A stretch of 40,750 nt of DNA, taken from Verrucomicrobiaceae bacterium. GTDB taxonomy: Bacteria; Verrucomicrobiota; Verrucomicrobiia; Verrucomicrobiales; DEV007. The notes under the pieces were generated by a model. It worked only from the letters and a program-made list of their open reading frames with translations, was not told the DNA's origin and did no database searches. Positions 10,701 through 19,223 of the stretch are shown piece by piece. Position 1 is the first letter of the stretch, and every line of letters begins with the position of its first letter. The position numbers and the translations under genes are program-made. The DNA is taken from assembly GCA_012719225.1 (NCBI GenBank), contig JAAYAT010000359.1, forward strand, positions 1 to 40,750, in the 5' to 3' direction.

Positions 10701-10885
10701 TTCCGCTGGTCCTCGCGGCGGGCGAAGCGGGCAAGGAGATCCTCCATCCCGTCGCCGTCGCCATCGTCGGCGGTCTCGTTTCCTCGACCCTGCTCGATCT
10801 CGTGGTCACTCCGGCCGTCTTCTGGCTCATCGGAGAAAAGGCGGCGGCCCGCTCCCTCGCCCGCCACGCAAAGGCCACCCACTGA
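7751..10885 (+). CDS. CusA/CzcA-family heavy-metal RND permease
   Basis: 1044 aa with LPVEVLPD, GLAPEEVE, MTLGGIAVAIGMVVDDAIVDVENV and ERLVPVLMTAL motifs. Confidence 0.95.
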   Translation: MLHQMILGSLANRGIVLSLAVLVVWLGIRSAGTLPVEVLPDMTKPTVTVLTEAPGLAPEEVEALVTRPLENALLGVAGLDRLRSSSDVGLSLVFVEFDWDADIYHARQLVQERLRSVSLPEEVEQGMTPVSSLMGEILLIGLRSRDGSVAPMDLRTLADWTVARRLQSIRGVAEVLAIGGGVKQIQVEPDLRRLQAEGVTLAELEEAVSLAAGNATSGYLQAGPREIMVRNLAMTADPAEIAKTVIHTTGDRILRIGDVAEVRFAVAPMRGDAGIAIRESGDTGEIEGVILSIDKAPGFDTLRLSAEIEAAVAELRPSLPDGVEIDVLFRQGDFIESAVGNLKEAIRDGAIMVTLVLFLFLLNLRTTVITLTAIPLSFATTLLVFDGFGISVNSMTLGGIAVAIGMVVDDAIVDVENVFRRLRENAAAETPRPRLEVIAEASSEVRSSILYATLLIILVFIPLLGLAGLEGRLFRPIAIATIVSMVASFLVSLTVIPVLCSFLLKPREDREHRDGFLVRGLKHLVRATFLRAAFAAPLVVLAVVVALMIGAAMLYPGMGKEFLPAFNEGSATISLTSAPGTSLAQSNEVGRRAVELLLEVPEVKSVGRRAGRAERDDHVMPVSVNEFDVEFTGRGRERAEVFADIREKLGGIPGTFVALGQPIGHRLSHMLSGVSAKIAVKIHGPDLEVLRRLGAAVRDAGKSVEGLTDINLEAQVAIPQIRIEVDRHRASAEGLAPGRINQQISRLLGGATLAELREGETTIDLVMRLPESGRTWPEHLGELLVETPDGRRIPLSLVADVHDVNGPNVIHREDGRRRIVISANTDERDLDALVSQWQENVARDVVLPEGYSLRFEGEYLAREEASQRIATLFGMVLVIVVVLLANYFGSVSLALQVMLNLPLALAGALAFTWWRVDNISIATLVGFIAVGGVAARNGIMMISHYLHLMRHEGEVFGVALITRGTLERLVPVLMTALSAGIALIPLVLAAGEAGKEILHPVAVAIVGGLVSSTLLDLVVTPAVFWLIGEKAAARSLARHAKATH

Positions 10886-10954
10886 TTTTTTTAAAATGCT
10901 GAAATCCCGAAAAGCTGAATTGACCGCACAACCTTCCGTCAAACCCCTCAACCC

Positions 10955-10986
10955 TCATAATTCATAATTCATAATTCATAATTCAT
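10955..10986. repeat. Tandem heptamer repeat (TCATAAT)x4.6
   Basis: tcataat tcataat tcataat tcataat tcat read directly in the intergenic region after the RND permease. Confidence 0.9.
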
Positions 10987-11008
10987 CCCTCCACCCCTCC
11001 CCTCCCCT

Positions 11009-11485
11009 ATGAAAACACTCCTCTCCCTCAGCATGGCCGTGCTCGGCTTCGCCCTGATCCCGGCACTTCCGGCCGCAGAAAAAGAAAAACATCATTCTCA
11101 CGATCACGAAAAACGGGAATCCGGTCCCAACGGCGGGCGGGTCGTTTTTTCAGTGGAACCGCATTTCGAATTCTTCGTGATGCCGGACAGAAAAGTGAAG
11201 ATCACCTTCCTCGGCGAGGACAAAAAGGCGATCGCCCCCACCGACCAAACCGTCTCCGCGATCAGTGGCAAACGCAGCAAACCCACGAAGATGGAGTTCA
11301 CCCGCGAGGCGGGAGCGCTCGTTTCGGACAAGCCCCTGCCCGAAGGCGAGAGGGTTCCCATCGTGCTGCGCGTGAAAGCGTCTCCCGACGCCAAGACGGT
11401 CACGGAGAAATTCACCGTCGATATGGCGGACTGCGCCGAGTGCGACCTCAAGGAGTACGCCTGCGTCTGCGATCACGAGCACTGA
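11009..11485 (+). CDS. Exported His/Cys-rich putative metal-binding protein
   Basis: Signal peptide, then HHSHDHE and GPNGGR..EPHFE, with a C-terminal CAEC-x5-ACVC-DHEH. Confidence 0.8.
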   Translation: MKTLLSLSMAVLGFALIPALPAAEKEKHHSHDHEKRESGPNGGRVVFSVEPHFEFFVMPDRKVKITFLGEDKKAIAPTDQTVSAISGKRSKPTKMEFTREAGALVSDKPLPEGERVPIVLRVKASPDAKTVTEKFTVDMADCAECDLKEYACVCDHEH

Positions 11486-11494
11486 CGCCTCGAA

Positions 11495-11522
11495 GGGGAG
11501 CGGGGGGCGCCCCCGACTCCCC
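11495..11522. terminator. GC-rich hairpin between convergent genes (possible bidirectional terminator)
   Basis: GGGGAG-CGGGGG/gcg/CCCCCG-a-CTCCCC stem. No U-tract. Confidence 0.4.
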
Positions 11523-11537
11523 GCCCGGGCCGGGCGA

Positions 11538-13337
11538 TCAATGCCCCGCGACCTGTTGCTCCTCGATATACTCCTGCTTCAGGCCGAGCTTCTCGGGGGC
11601 GTGGAGGACCAGCATTTTCATGCGAATATCCTCGGGAACGGTCTTTCTCGTTGCCTTGGAGACCACGATCATCAATCCGATGGAGAGCGGGACGGACCAG
11701 ATCGCAGGCTGCTCGGCGAGGATGCGGAGGAGCGGATGCACTTTCCAGAAATCGTTCATCCCGTCGAATCCGGCGAAAAGTTTGCCCATGGGGCCCTTGT
11801 CGAGGGCGAGGGTGCTGGCGTTGACCAGGGTCGCGGAGAGGAGCGCGCAGAGCCCGCCGACGAGCATCCCGGTGGCGGCACCCTTCATCGTCATGCCGCG
11901 CCACCACACGCTCATGAAGAGGAGCGGGAAATAACTCGCCGCCGCGATGGCGAAGGCCTGGCCGACCATGAAATTGATTTCCAGAGGTTCGACGAGAGCG
12001 CCGAGGATCACGGACACCCCGCCGACGAAGATCGCGCACCACTTGAACATTCTGAGACGCTGCTCCGGCGTGGAACTGGGGCGCAGGATGCGGCCGTAGA
12101 CATCGTGGGCGAGGGCACCGGTCATGGAAACGAGCAGGCCGGAAAAGGTGCTCATGAAGGCGGCGAAGGCCCCCGCGCAGGTGATCCCGCTGAGGATGGA
12201 CCCGAGTATGCCGTATTTTTCCCGAATGAGCATGGGGAGTTCGAGGACTACTTTGTCCGGGCCTTTCGAGCCGGTCGCCTCGTAGAGTTCGGGCAGGAAG
12301 TTGCGTCCGACGACACCGAAGACGGGCGGGAAGACGTAGAACACCCCGATCAAGATCATGACCCACATCGTGGTCCGCTTCGCCGCCGCTCCGTCGGGGT
12401 TGGTGTAAAAGCGGACGAGAATGTGGGGGAGACCAGCGGTGCCGCAGACGAGCGCGACGATGAGGGAGAAGGTGTAGAGGAGCGAGAGAGGTTTGGTCTC
12501 TTCGGGGGTAAGCCCGGCGGCCTCGGCGGCCTTGGAGGTGAGGGGGCCGAAGGGCGAGAGCCAGTCCGCGTCGGTGGGGGCTGCGGCGGGCAGGTCGAGT
12601 CGCTGCGGGGAGCCGCTCTCGCTCCCGGAGGCAGGAGCGACCGTCTCCACGACGGCGGGCGGACTCGCCAGGTCGGTGTGGGATTGGTTAAGTGATAGGT
12701 TTTCCCCGTAACCGCCGTAGACCGAGAGCAGCACGAAGATGGGCACCGAGATGGCGAACATTTTGATCCAGTATTGCACCGCCTGCACCAGGGTGATGCC
12801 CTTCATCCCGCCGAGGGCGACGTTGAGAGTGATGACCGCGCCGACGAGGGCGACGCCGACCCAGTAGGGCAGGCCGGGGAAGATGTAGGCGAGGGTGGTA
12901 CCGGCACCTTTCATCTGCGGCATGGTGTAGAAAAAGCCGATGAAAAGGACGAAACAGACCGCAATCTTGCGGAAGGCGGGGGAGTCGTAGCGTCCCTCGG
13001 CGAAATCGGGAATGGTGTAGGCTCCGAAACGGCGCAGCGGTCCGGCGATGAAGAGGAGGAGGAAAAGGTAGCCGCAGGCGTAGCAAACAGGGTACCACAG
13101 CGCATCATACCCGGATAGCATGACCATGCCGGCGATGCCCATGAAGCTCGCCGCGCTGAGGTACTCGCCGGAGATGGCGGAGGCGTTCCAGCCGACCGAG
13201 ACGGAGCGTCCCGCGACGAAAAAGTCGGAGGCGGATTTGGAGGTTTTGGCGGAGCGGAATCCCATCCATATCGTCACCACGACGGTGATGGCGGAGAAGG
13301 CGAGGATCCAGATGTCGAAAGAAGCGGGTTCAGGCAT
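11538..13337 (-). CDS. actP: Sodium:solute symporter, ActP-like cation/acetate symporter
   Basis: DFFVAGRSV..GWNASAISGEYLSAASFMG, GGMKG.T.VQ and GTAGLPHILVRFYT motifs. Paired with a DUF485 gene. Confidence 0.85.
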   Translation of the reverse strand: MPEPASFDIWILAFSAITVVVTIWMGFRSAKTSKSASDFFVAGRSVSVGWNASAISGEYLSAASFMGIAGMVMLSGYDALWYPVCYACGYLFLLLFIAGPLRRFGAYTIPDFAEGRYDSPAFRKIAVCFVLFIGFFYTMPQMKGAGTTLAYIFPGLPYWVGVALVGAVITLNVALGGMKGITLVQAVQYWIKMFAISVPIFVLLSVYGGYGENLSLNQSHTDLASPPAVVETVAPASGSESGSPQRLDLPAAAPTDADWLSPFGPLTSKAAEAAGLTPEETKPLSLLYTFSLIVALVCGTAGLPHILVRFYTNPDGAAAKRTTMWVMILIGVFYVFPPVFGVVGRNFLPELYEATGSKGPDKVVLELPMLIREKYGILGSILSGITCAGAFAAFMSTFSGLLVSMTGALAHDVYGRILRPSSTPEQRLRMFKWCAIFVGGVSVILGALVEPLEINFMVGQAFAIAAASYFPLLFMSVWWRGMTMKGAATGMLVGGLCALLSATLVNASTLALDKGPMGKLFAGFDGMNDFWKVHPLLRILAEQPAIWSVPLSIGLMIVVSKATRKTVPEDIRMKMLVLHAPEKLGLKQEYIEEQQVAGH

Positions 13338-13370
13338 AGGAAAAGGGGGTGGGGAGACAAGAGGAGGGGA

Positions 13371-13742
13371 TCAGGCTTCGGCGTCGCCGTTGTCCGGGGC
13401 GTTCGGATTGTTCTGGCCGTTGCCGTTGCGTTTGGCGTTGCCGTCGGCGGCGAGATGTACCTCGGTTTCCTCGAGGGCCATGGAGCGGCTGATGAAAACG
13501 CCGGCGATGGCCCAGACGAAAGGGAAAAAGAGCACTCCGAGAATGAGCCAGGTCAGGGTGAAACCACCGACGCGCTGTGCCATGAAGTCGGGAGCGTAGT
13601 AGTTCGCCAGGGGCAGACCGAAGAGGAGAACGAGAAAGGCGGCGGCACAGGCGATGGAGAGGCGCAGTTGGCGGCGCATGAGGTGGTGGAGAAATTCCTC
13701 GCTGTGGATGAAATCGTCTGGATCGGGATTTTGCTGGGACAT
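13371..13742 (-). CDS. DUF485 (YjcH-like) small membrane partner of ActP
   Basis: SEEF..LMRRQLRLS, two TM helices and P.FMA.RV.G motif. Canonical position upstream of actP. Confidence 0.85.
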   Translation of the reverse strand: MSQQNPDPDDFIHSEEFLHHLMRRQLRLSIACAAAFLVLLFGLPLANYYAPDFMAQRVGGFTLTWLILGVLFFPFVWAIAGVFISRSMALEETEVHLAADGNAKRNGNGQNNPNAPDNGDAEA

Positions 13743-13892
13743 GGGAAAAAGGTGTAACAGAGTCCGGGCGACTCCGCCAAGGGAAATCCCGCTCTTTTTG
13801 GACCCGTATCACGCCGGAGGTCGGGGGACGTTGTGGCGTCGGGGAACGGACGGGGGTTGATTCCCGGGCGGTTCGCACTCACAGTCCCCGCG

Positions 13893-14510
13893 ATGCCGAA
13901 GGTCGAACCGTTTCCTTTTCCCCAAGAGATCTACCCCGAGGAGTGGTTTGCCCGCCTCGGACGCGGCGATCTTTTCCCCGGTGAAAATCCCATCGAACTG
14001 GATCTCGGTTGCGGGGACGGCTCGTTTCTCATTCGCATGGCGGAGCATTTTCCGGAGCGGAATTTTCTCGGGGTGGAGCGGCTCCTCGGGCGCGTCCGCA
14101 AGGTCAGCCGCAAGGCCGTGCGCGCCGGGCTGGAGAACGCGCGGGTCCTTCGAGCCGATTCGAACTACGCGGTGGAGTGGCTCTTGCCGCAGGGGTTCGC
14201 GAGCCGGATCCACTTTCTCTGTCCCGATCCGTGGCCGAAGAAAAAACACGCGGCGCGCCGCCAGATGTGTCGGCTGTCATTTTTGCGGGCCTTGCACGGG
14301 CTGTTGGAGGAAGGCGGGGAACTGCTCTTCCTGACCGACGATCGTCCGTATTATGAAGAGGCGCTCGCGGTGCAGCTTGGCTGCGATTTTTTTGCAGAGG
14401 AATCCTGGGAGGAGGGGGATTTCTTCCACGCTCGGACCGATTTTGAAGAGCAGTGGCTCGCCGAGGGGCGGACGATGAACCGGCTGCGTCTGCGAAAGAT
14501 CGGCGGGTAG
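13893..14510 (+). CDS. trmB: tRNA (guanine-N7)-methyltransferase
   Basis: ELDLGCGDG.F, PERNFLGVE, PDPWPKKKH, TD..Y and T.FE motifs. ATG at 13893 chosen. Confidence 0.92.
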   Translation: MPKVEPFPFPQEIYPEEWFARLGRGDLFPGENPIELDLGCGDGSFLIRMAEHFPERNFLGVERLLGRVRKVSRKAVRAGLENARVLRADSNYAVEWLLPQGFASRIHFLCPDPWPKKKHAARRQMCRLSFLRALHGLLEEGGELLFLTDDRPYYEEALAVQLGCDFFAEESWEEGDFFHARTDFEEQWLAEGRTMNRLRLRKIGG

Positions 14511-14520
14511 TCCGGTCCGG

Positions 14521-15147
14521 TCACAACCAAGCGAGGATCCCGTCGAGGTCGCCCTCGTGAACCGCGATGTCGGGAAGCCGTTTCCGGAGGACTCCGCGGT
14601 TGGTCGCGGTGGAGGGATCGGGCGTCGCGTCGGGCGTGTTGAGGTAGATGCCGGGACAGTCGAGTCCGCTCTCCCGGATCGCCGAAACGGTGAGCAGGGT
14701 GTGATTGAGCACCCCGAGGCGGTTGGCGGCGACGAGGAGCACGGGCAGACCGAGAGCTTTGGCGAGATCGGCCATGGTTCTCTCGTGATCGAGGGGGACG
14801 AGCCAGCCACCGGCACCCTCGACGAGGACGAGGTCATGGAGGCTCAGGAGTTCGTCGCAGGCGGCGCGAATCTCCGCGAAGTCGAGCGTCGGCGGGTTGG
14901 TGGCGGCGGCGGGGGCGAGCGGCTCGGGCAGGGATACGGGATTGACCATTTCGAGGGTGAGCCCGGTTTCGGTCCCGCCGGAGGCTTCCAGGATCGCACG
15001 GGAGTCCTCGCGTCCACCGCATTCGACCGGTTTCATCCCGACGGCATCGACGCCGGAGGCGCGGAGTTTCTCCAGAAGCCGGGTCGTCACCCAGGTCTTG
15101 CCGACTCCGGTATCGGTGCCGGTGATGAAAAATCCTTTGCCTCTCAT
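14521..15147 (-). CDS. bioD: Dethiobiotin synthase
   Basis: FITGTDTGVGKT, KPVECG, VEGAGG and LGVLNHTLLT motifs. Confidence 0.95.
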   Translation of the reverse strand: MRGKGFFITGTDTGVGKTWVTTRLLEKLRASGVDAVGMKPVECGGREDSRAILEASGGTETGLTLEMVNPVSLPEPLAPAAATNPPTLDFAEIRAACDELLSLHDLVLVEGAGGWLVPLDHERTMADLAKALGLPVLLVAANRLGVLNHTLLTVSAIRESGLDCPGIYLNTPDATPDPSTATNRGVLRKRLPDIAVHEGDLDGILAWL

Positions 15148-16511
15148 GCGCCGATCTCGGCCCGGATTTGTTCCGCGATGAGGTCGGCTTCGCGGTGGAT
15201 GTAATCGGCGTCGCGTCCCTCGATGAGGAGGCGCAGGAGCGGCTCCGTGCCCGAGTAGCGCAGGAGGACGCGTCCGGCACTGCCGAGCGTCTTTTCCACC
15301 TCGGCGAGGCGGGCGGTGGCGGCGAGTTCCTCCCGCGCCGGTTTCCGCGAGACGCGGATGTTGCGCTGGGCCTGGGGAAATTTGCTCATGACCCGTCGCA
15401 GTTCGCCGAGAGGTTTGCCGCTTTTTTTCAGGATCGCGAGCAGTTGCACCGCTGCGATGATGCCGTCTCCGGTGCTGTTGAAATCGCGGAAGATGAAATG
15501 ACCGCTCTGTTCGCCGCCGAAGTTGTAGTTGCCGGCGCGCATCTGTTCGACGACGTAGCGATCCCCGACGCCGGCGCGGATGACGCGGCCTCCGGCGGCT
15601 TCGATGGCTTCGACGAGACCGGCGTTGCTCATGACCGTCGCCACCAGGGTGTTGTCGGCGAGGGTGCCGGATTCGATCATGGAAAGGGCGGCGATGGCCA
15701 TGAATTCATCCCCGTCGAGGGCGCTGCCGGTTTCGTCGCAGAGGAGGACGCGGTCGGCGTCCCCGTCGTGGGAGACTCCGACATGGGCACCGGTTTGCTT
15801 GACGAGGGATTCGATCACCGCCGGATGGGTGCAGCCGCAGTCGAGGTTGATGTTGATCCCGCTGGGGTGGTGGTGCATGGGCAACACGGTGGCGCCGAGA
15901 GCCCGGAGGATGGCCTCGCTGGTGTGGTGGCCGGCCCCGTTGGCGGCGTCGAGGGCGATGCGGAGACCGCCGAGGATGTGTCTGTCCTCCCCCACGCTGC
16001 GGCAGACGAAGTCGATGTAGCGCTCCGCCGCTCCTTCCAGAGGGGAGATGCGTCCGACCGGGCCGCCCTCCGGCGGGGGCGGCGGGTGGAGGATGCCGCG
16101 TTCGATTTCACTTTCGAGGGCGTCGTCGAGCTTGTAGCCGTCGGCACAGAAAAATTTGATTCCGTTGTCGTCGAAGGGGTTGTGCGAAGCGGAGATGACG
16201 ACGCCGAAGAGGGCGCCGGTCTCCTTTGTCAGCATGGCCACGGCCGGGGTCGGAACCACCCCGGCGAGTCGCACGTCGATCCCGCGCGAGGTGAGTCCGG
16301 CGGCGATGGCGCTCTCAAGCATGTCGCAGGACTGGCGGGTGTCTTTGCCGATGATCACGATGGGCCAGTTCCGGGTATCGGTGCGGCGGGCGAGAAAGGC
16401 GTCGGCGGCGGACTGTCCGAGTTGGACCACGAAGTCGGGGAGGAGCGGAAAGGCGTTGGCCTTGGCCCGGATGCCGTCGGTACCGAAAAATTGTCGCTTT
16501 TGTTCGCTCAT
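15144..16511 (-). CDS. glmM: Phosphoglucosamine mutase
   Basis: FGTDGIR, ISASHNP, DGDADR and GGEQSGH motifs. Start MSEQKRQ at 16511. Confidence 0.95.
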   Translation of the reverse strand: MSEQKRQFFGTDGIRAKANAFPLLPDFVVQLGQSAADAFLARRTDTRNWPIVIIGKDTRQSCDMLESAIAAGLTSRGIDVRLAGVVPTPAVAMLTKETGALFGVVISASHNPFDDNGIKFFCADGYKLDDALESEIERGILHPPPPPEGGPVGRISPLEGAAERYIDFVCRSVGEDRHILGGLRIALDAANGAGHHTSEAILRALGATVLPMHHHPSGININLDCGCTHPAVIESLVKQTGAHVGVSHDGDADRVLLCDETGSALDGDEFMAIAALSMIESGTLADNTLVATVMSNAGLVEAIEAAGGRVIRAGVGDRYVVEQMRAGNYNFGGEQSGHFIFRDFNSTGDGIIAAVQLLAILKKSGKPLGELRRVMSKFPQAQRNIRVSRKPAREELAATARLAEVEKTLGSAGRVLLRYSGTEPLLRLLIEGRDADYIHREADLIAEQIRAEIGA

Positions 16512-16588
16512 GGAGGATGCGGGAGGAACCGGGAGAATTTCGGGGGCGTCGGGCGGGTGCGGCAGGTGCGGCGGGTGAAAACTCACTC

Positions 16589-16846
16589 TCAGCCTTTGAC
16601 GCCACCGCCGGGAACGGGGATGGGGACGGTGATGGGAGGGGGCATGAGCGGCCCGAGGAGGGTGTCGTCGAGGACCGGGCCGGTGGCGGGTCGCACCGGG
16701 GTGGCGGTGTTCGTGCCGGGGACGGGAAAATTCTGGGTGCCCGAGTCGAGGTGCGCTTTGACGATGTACCAGATCGCCACCGCGATGGTCAGCGAGACGA
16801 GTTTGCCTTTCCAGTTGTCGGTGAAAAATTGTCTACGCATCGTCAT
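16589..16846 (-). CDS. Short CdaR/YbbR-like membrane protein (TM anchor only)
   Basis: FTDNWKGKLVSLTIAVAIWYIV matches the N-terminal anchor of CdaR/YbbR. Located between cdaA and glmM, with a Pro/Thr-rich tail. Confidence 0.65.
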   Translation of the reverse strand: MTMRRQFFTDNWKGKLVSLTIAVAIWYIVKAHLDSGTQNFPVPGTNTATPVRPATGPVLDDTLLGPLMPPPITVPIPVPGGGVKG

Positions 16847-17645
16847 CCTGCCCCTCCTCTCCCTCTTCTTCCGAGTCCTGATTGCTGAGAAGTTCGTTGA
16901 GCCGTTCGCAGAGTTCGGCACCTTCCAGGTCGCGCTCCAGTTTGCCGTTGACCGCCACCGAGATGGCCCCGGTCTCTTCGGAAACGACGAGGGCGATGGC
17001 GTCCGATTCCTCGGTGATGCCCATCGCGGCGCGGTGCCGCAGGCCGATGCTCTGGTCGCTGAGTTCCCGCTGGATCAGGGGAAAGACGCAGCCCGCTCCG
17101 GCGATGCGCTCGTCGGAGATGCGGACGATCATGCCGCCGTCGTGCAGGGTCGTGCCGCTGTGAAAGATGGTGTAGACCAGCTCCGGGCTGAGCTGCGCGT
17201 CGAGCCGGGTGCCGGATTCGAGATACTGCTTCAGGTCGATTCCGCGCTCGATCGCAATGAGCGCACCGGTGCGTTTGCGGGAGAGATTTTCCACCACTTC
17301 GATGAGGAGGTCGGCGAAGCGCGCCCGCGTCTTTTCGGTCATCGAGGAAAAAAACCGGTGGCTGCCCAGTTCGGCGAGGGCTCGCCGCAGCTCCGGCTGG
17401 AAGATAATGACGAGGGCGATGGCGAGAAAGACCGAGACATACTTGAGGAGCCAGCCGATCACGCTCAGGTCGAGCCAGGCGGAGAGCACCGTCATGCCGA
17501 TGAAAAAACCGACGAGGGCGGAGAAAATCTGAGCGCCGCGGGTGGCGCGGAAATACAGGTAGGTGTTGTAGAAGATCACCCAGAGGATCGCCACTTCGAT
17601 GACTTGACGCCAGTGTTGGCTGATGAACTGACCTGCTGCTTCCAT
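16833..17645 (-). CDS. cdaA: Diadenylate cyclase CdaA/DacA
   Basis: Three N-terminal TMs, IFQPELRRAL, LHDGG, GLRHRAA.G and VVSEETG DAC motifs. Confidence 0.95.
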   Translation of the reverse strand: MEAAGQFISQHWRQVIEVAILWVIFYNTYLYFRATRGAQIFSALVGFFIGMTVLSAWLDLSVIGWLLKYVSVFLAIALVIIFQPELRRALAELGSHRFFSSMTEKTRARFADLLIEVVENLSRKRTGALIAIERGIDLKQYLESGTRLDAQLSPELVYTIFHSGTTLHDGGMIVRISDERIAGAGCVFPLIQRELSDQSIGLRHRAAMGITEESDAIALVVSEETGAISVAVNGKLERDLEGAELCERLNELLSNQDSEEEGEEGQDDDA

Positions 17646-17758
17646 GTTCTGCTTTCCGGCCTCGCCGGCGCGACGGGAGACGCGCCCACTTTACCATTTC
17701 AAGGCGATTTTGCACCTGCGGGGCGGGGAAAAATCATCCCGCCGATCTCAGGGCCCTC

Positions 17759-18247
17759 TCAGGCCCGTTCGGGGAGTGCCACGGAGGCGGAGGCCAGCGC
17801 GGCGATGCCCTCGCCGCGGCCGACGAATCCCATCGTTTCGTTGGTGGTGGCTTTGATCCCGACATCGGTCACGGCGATGCCGAGGGCGGCGGCGATGGCG
17901 GTCTTCATGGCCGGGGCGTGGGTCATGACGCGGGGTTCTTCGGCGATGAGGGAGGAGTCGATGTTCTCGATACGACCGCCCGCCTCGCGGACGAGGGCGG
18001 CGGCTTTTTCCAGAATTTTCAAACTGCTGATGCCCTCCAGCGAGGCGTCGGTGGGAGGGAACCAGTAGCCGATGTCCGGCTGTCCGATCGCGCCGAGGAC
18101 GGCGTCGGCGATGGCGTGGGAGAGGACGTCGGCGTCGGAATGACCGACGAGACCACGGTCGTGGGGAATGGTGATCCCGCCGAGGATGAGGGGGCGACCC
18201 TCCGCGAATTGATGAACGTCGTAGCCGATGCCGGTGCGGTATCTCAT
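17759..18247 (-). CDS. ispF: 2-C-methyl-D-erythritol 2,4-cyclodiphosphate synthase
   Basis: GIGYDVH, GHSDADVL.HAI.DA and KATTNE.MGF.GRGEG motifs. Confidence 0.96.
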   Translation of the reverse strand: MRYRTGIGYDVHQFAEGRPLILGGITIPHDRGLVGHSDADVLSHAIADAVLGAIGQPDIGYWFPPTDASLEGISSLKILEKAAALVREAGGRIENIDSSLIAEEPRVMTHAPAMKTAIAAALGIAVTDVGIKATTNETMGFVGRGEGIAALASASVALPERA

Positions 18248-18282
18248 GGGTGGGAGGGGGCGGGGGGGCGGATGGGAGGGTG

Positions 18283-19035
18283 TCAGGCGAAAAGGGAGAG
18301 GTCGAGCGTGCCGTTGCTGGAGAGGATGCCCCATTTGTCGCGGGTGCCGTCAGTGGGAAGCAAGGTGACGATGCCGCCGCCGCGTTCGAGCATGAGTTGT
18401 CCGGCGGCGATGTCCCAGAGGCTGATGCTTTCCTCGATGTAGGCGTCGAGCCGACCGCAGGCGATGTAGGCGAGGGCGAGGGCGGCGCTGCCCATCATGC
18501 GGGTTTTGCGGACGTGGTAGGCCACTTCGCGATAGCGGGCCAGCCCGGCGTCGATGGCTTCCTTCGATTTGGAAAATCCTATGGTCACGATGGATTCGCC
18601 GAGGGTGGCGCGGGAGCTTGGGCGGATCGCCTGGCCGTTGCGGGTGGCCGGACCTTCGAAATCGACAGCGAACATTTCATCCATCATGGGATCGTAGATC
18701 GCGCCGATGGAGAGCTTCCCGGCCCGCCGCATCGCGATGGAGACACAGAAATGGGGGATACCGTAGAAATAATTCACGGTGCCGTCGATGGGATCCACGA
18801 TCCATTGGGTGTCGCTGCTCTGGTCGCCGGCGAGGCCTTCTTCGCCGTAGATGGCGTGGTCGGGAAAGGTGTCGAGGAGGATGGACTCGATCCGCTGCTG
18901 GCTCTCGACATCGAGGGCCAGCTTGATGTCGTGGGCGGAAAGTTCGTTGACGTCGAGGGAGGTTTCGAAACGAGTGCGGAGAAGGGCTCCGGCTTCACGG
19001 GCCGCGTGGGTGGCGAGGGAGAGTTCGGGGGACAT
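18283..19035 (-). CDS. suhB: Inositol monophosphatase family protein (SuhB-like)
   Basis: GEE, WIVDPIDGTVNY, GSAAL.LAY.A.GR.D and WDIAAG motifs. Confidence 0.88.
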   Translation of the reverse strand: MSPELSLATHAAREAGALLRTRFETSLDVNELSAHDIKLALDVESQQRIESILLDTFPDHAIYGEEGLAGDQSSDTQWIVDPIDGTVNYFYGIPHFCVSIAMRRAGKLSIGAIYDPMMDEMFAVDFEGPATRNGQAIRPSSRATLGESIVTIGFSKSKEAIDAGLARYREVAYHVRKTRMMGSAALALAYIACGRLDAYIEESISLWDIAAGQLMLERGGGIVTLLPTDGTRDKWGILSSNGTLDLSLFA

Positions 19036-19223
19036 GGCGGAGTTTTAGGCTGCGGGGTCGGAATCGGGGGAGGGGAGAGAGAAAAACGGAACGACGGACC
19101 CGGCCGCTCCCGCCGGGAGTCTGTCGGGGCGGCGCGGTTTCGCCGATCCCCCGCGGGTGTCGCGGAGGGGCGGAAAGTCGGCTCGACCGAGGCCGGGCGT
19201 GACCGGATCAAGGGAAAGTCGGA

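Noticed and set aside
7769-10951. Long antisense ORFs (7769..10951 minus; also 277..3093 minus, 15168..18068 plus, 19227..20462 plus, 37885..39579 plus)
   Set aside because: They are shadow frames of well-supported genes on the opposite strand, expected in high-GC DNA, and carry no recognisable motifs.
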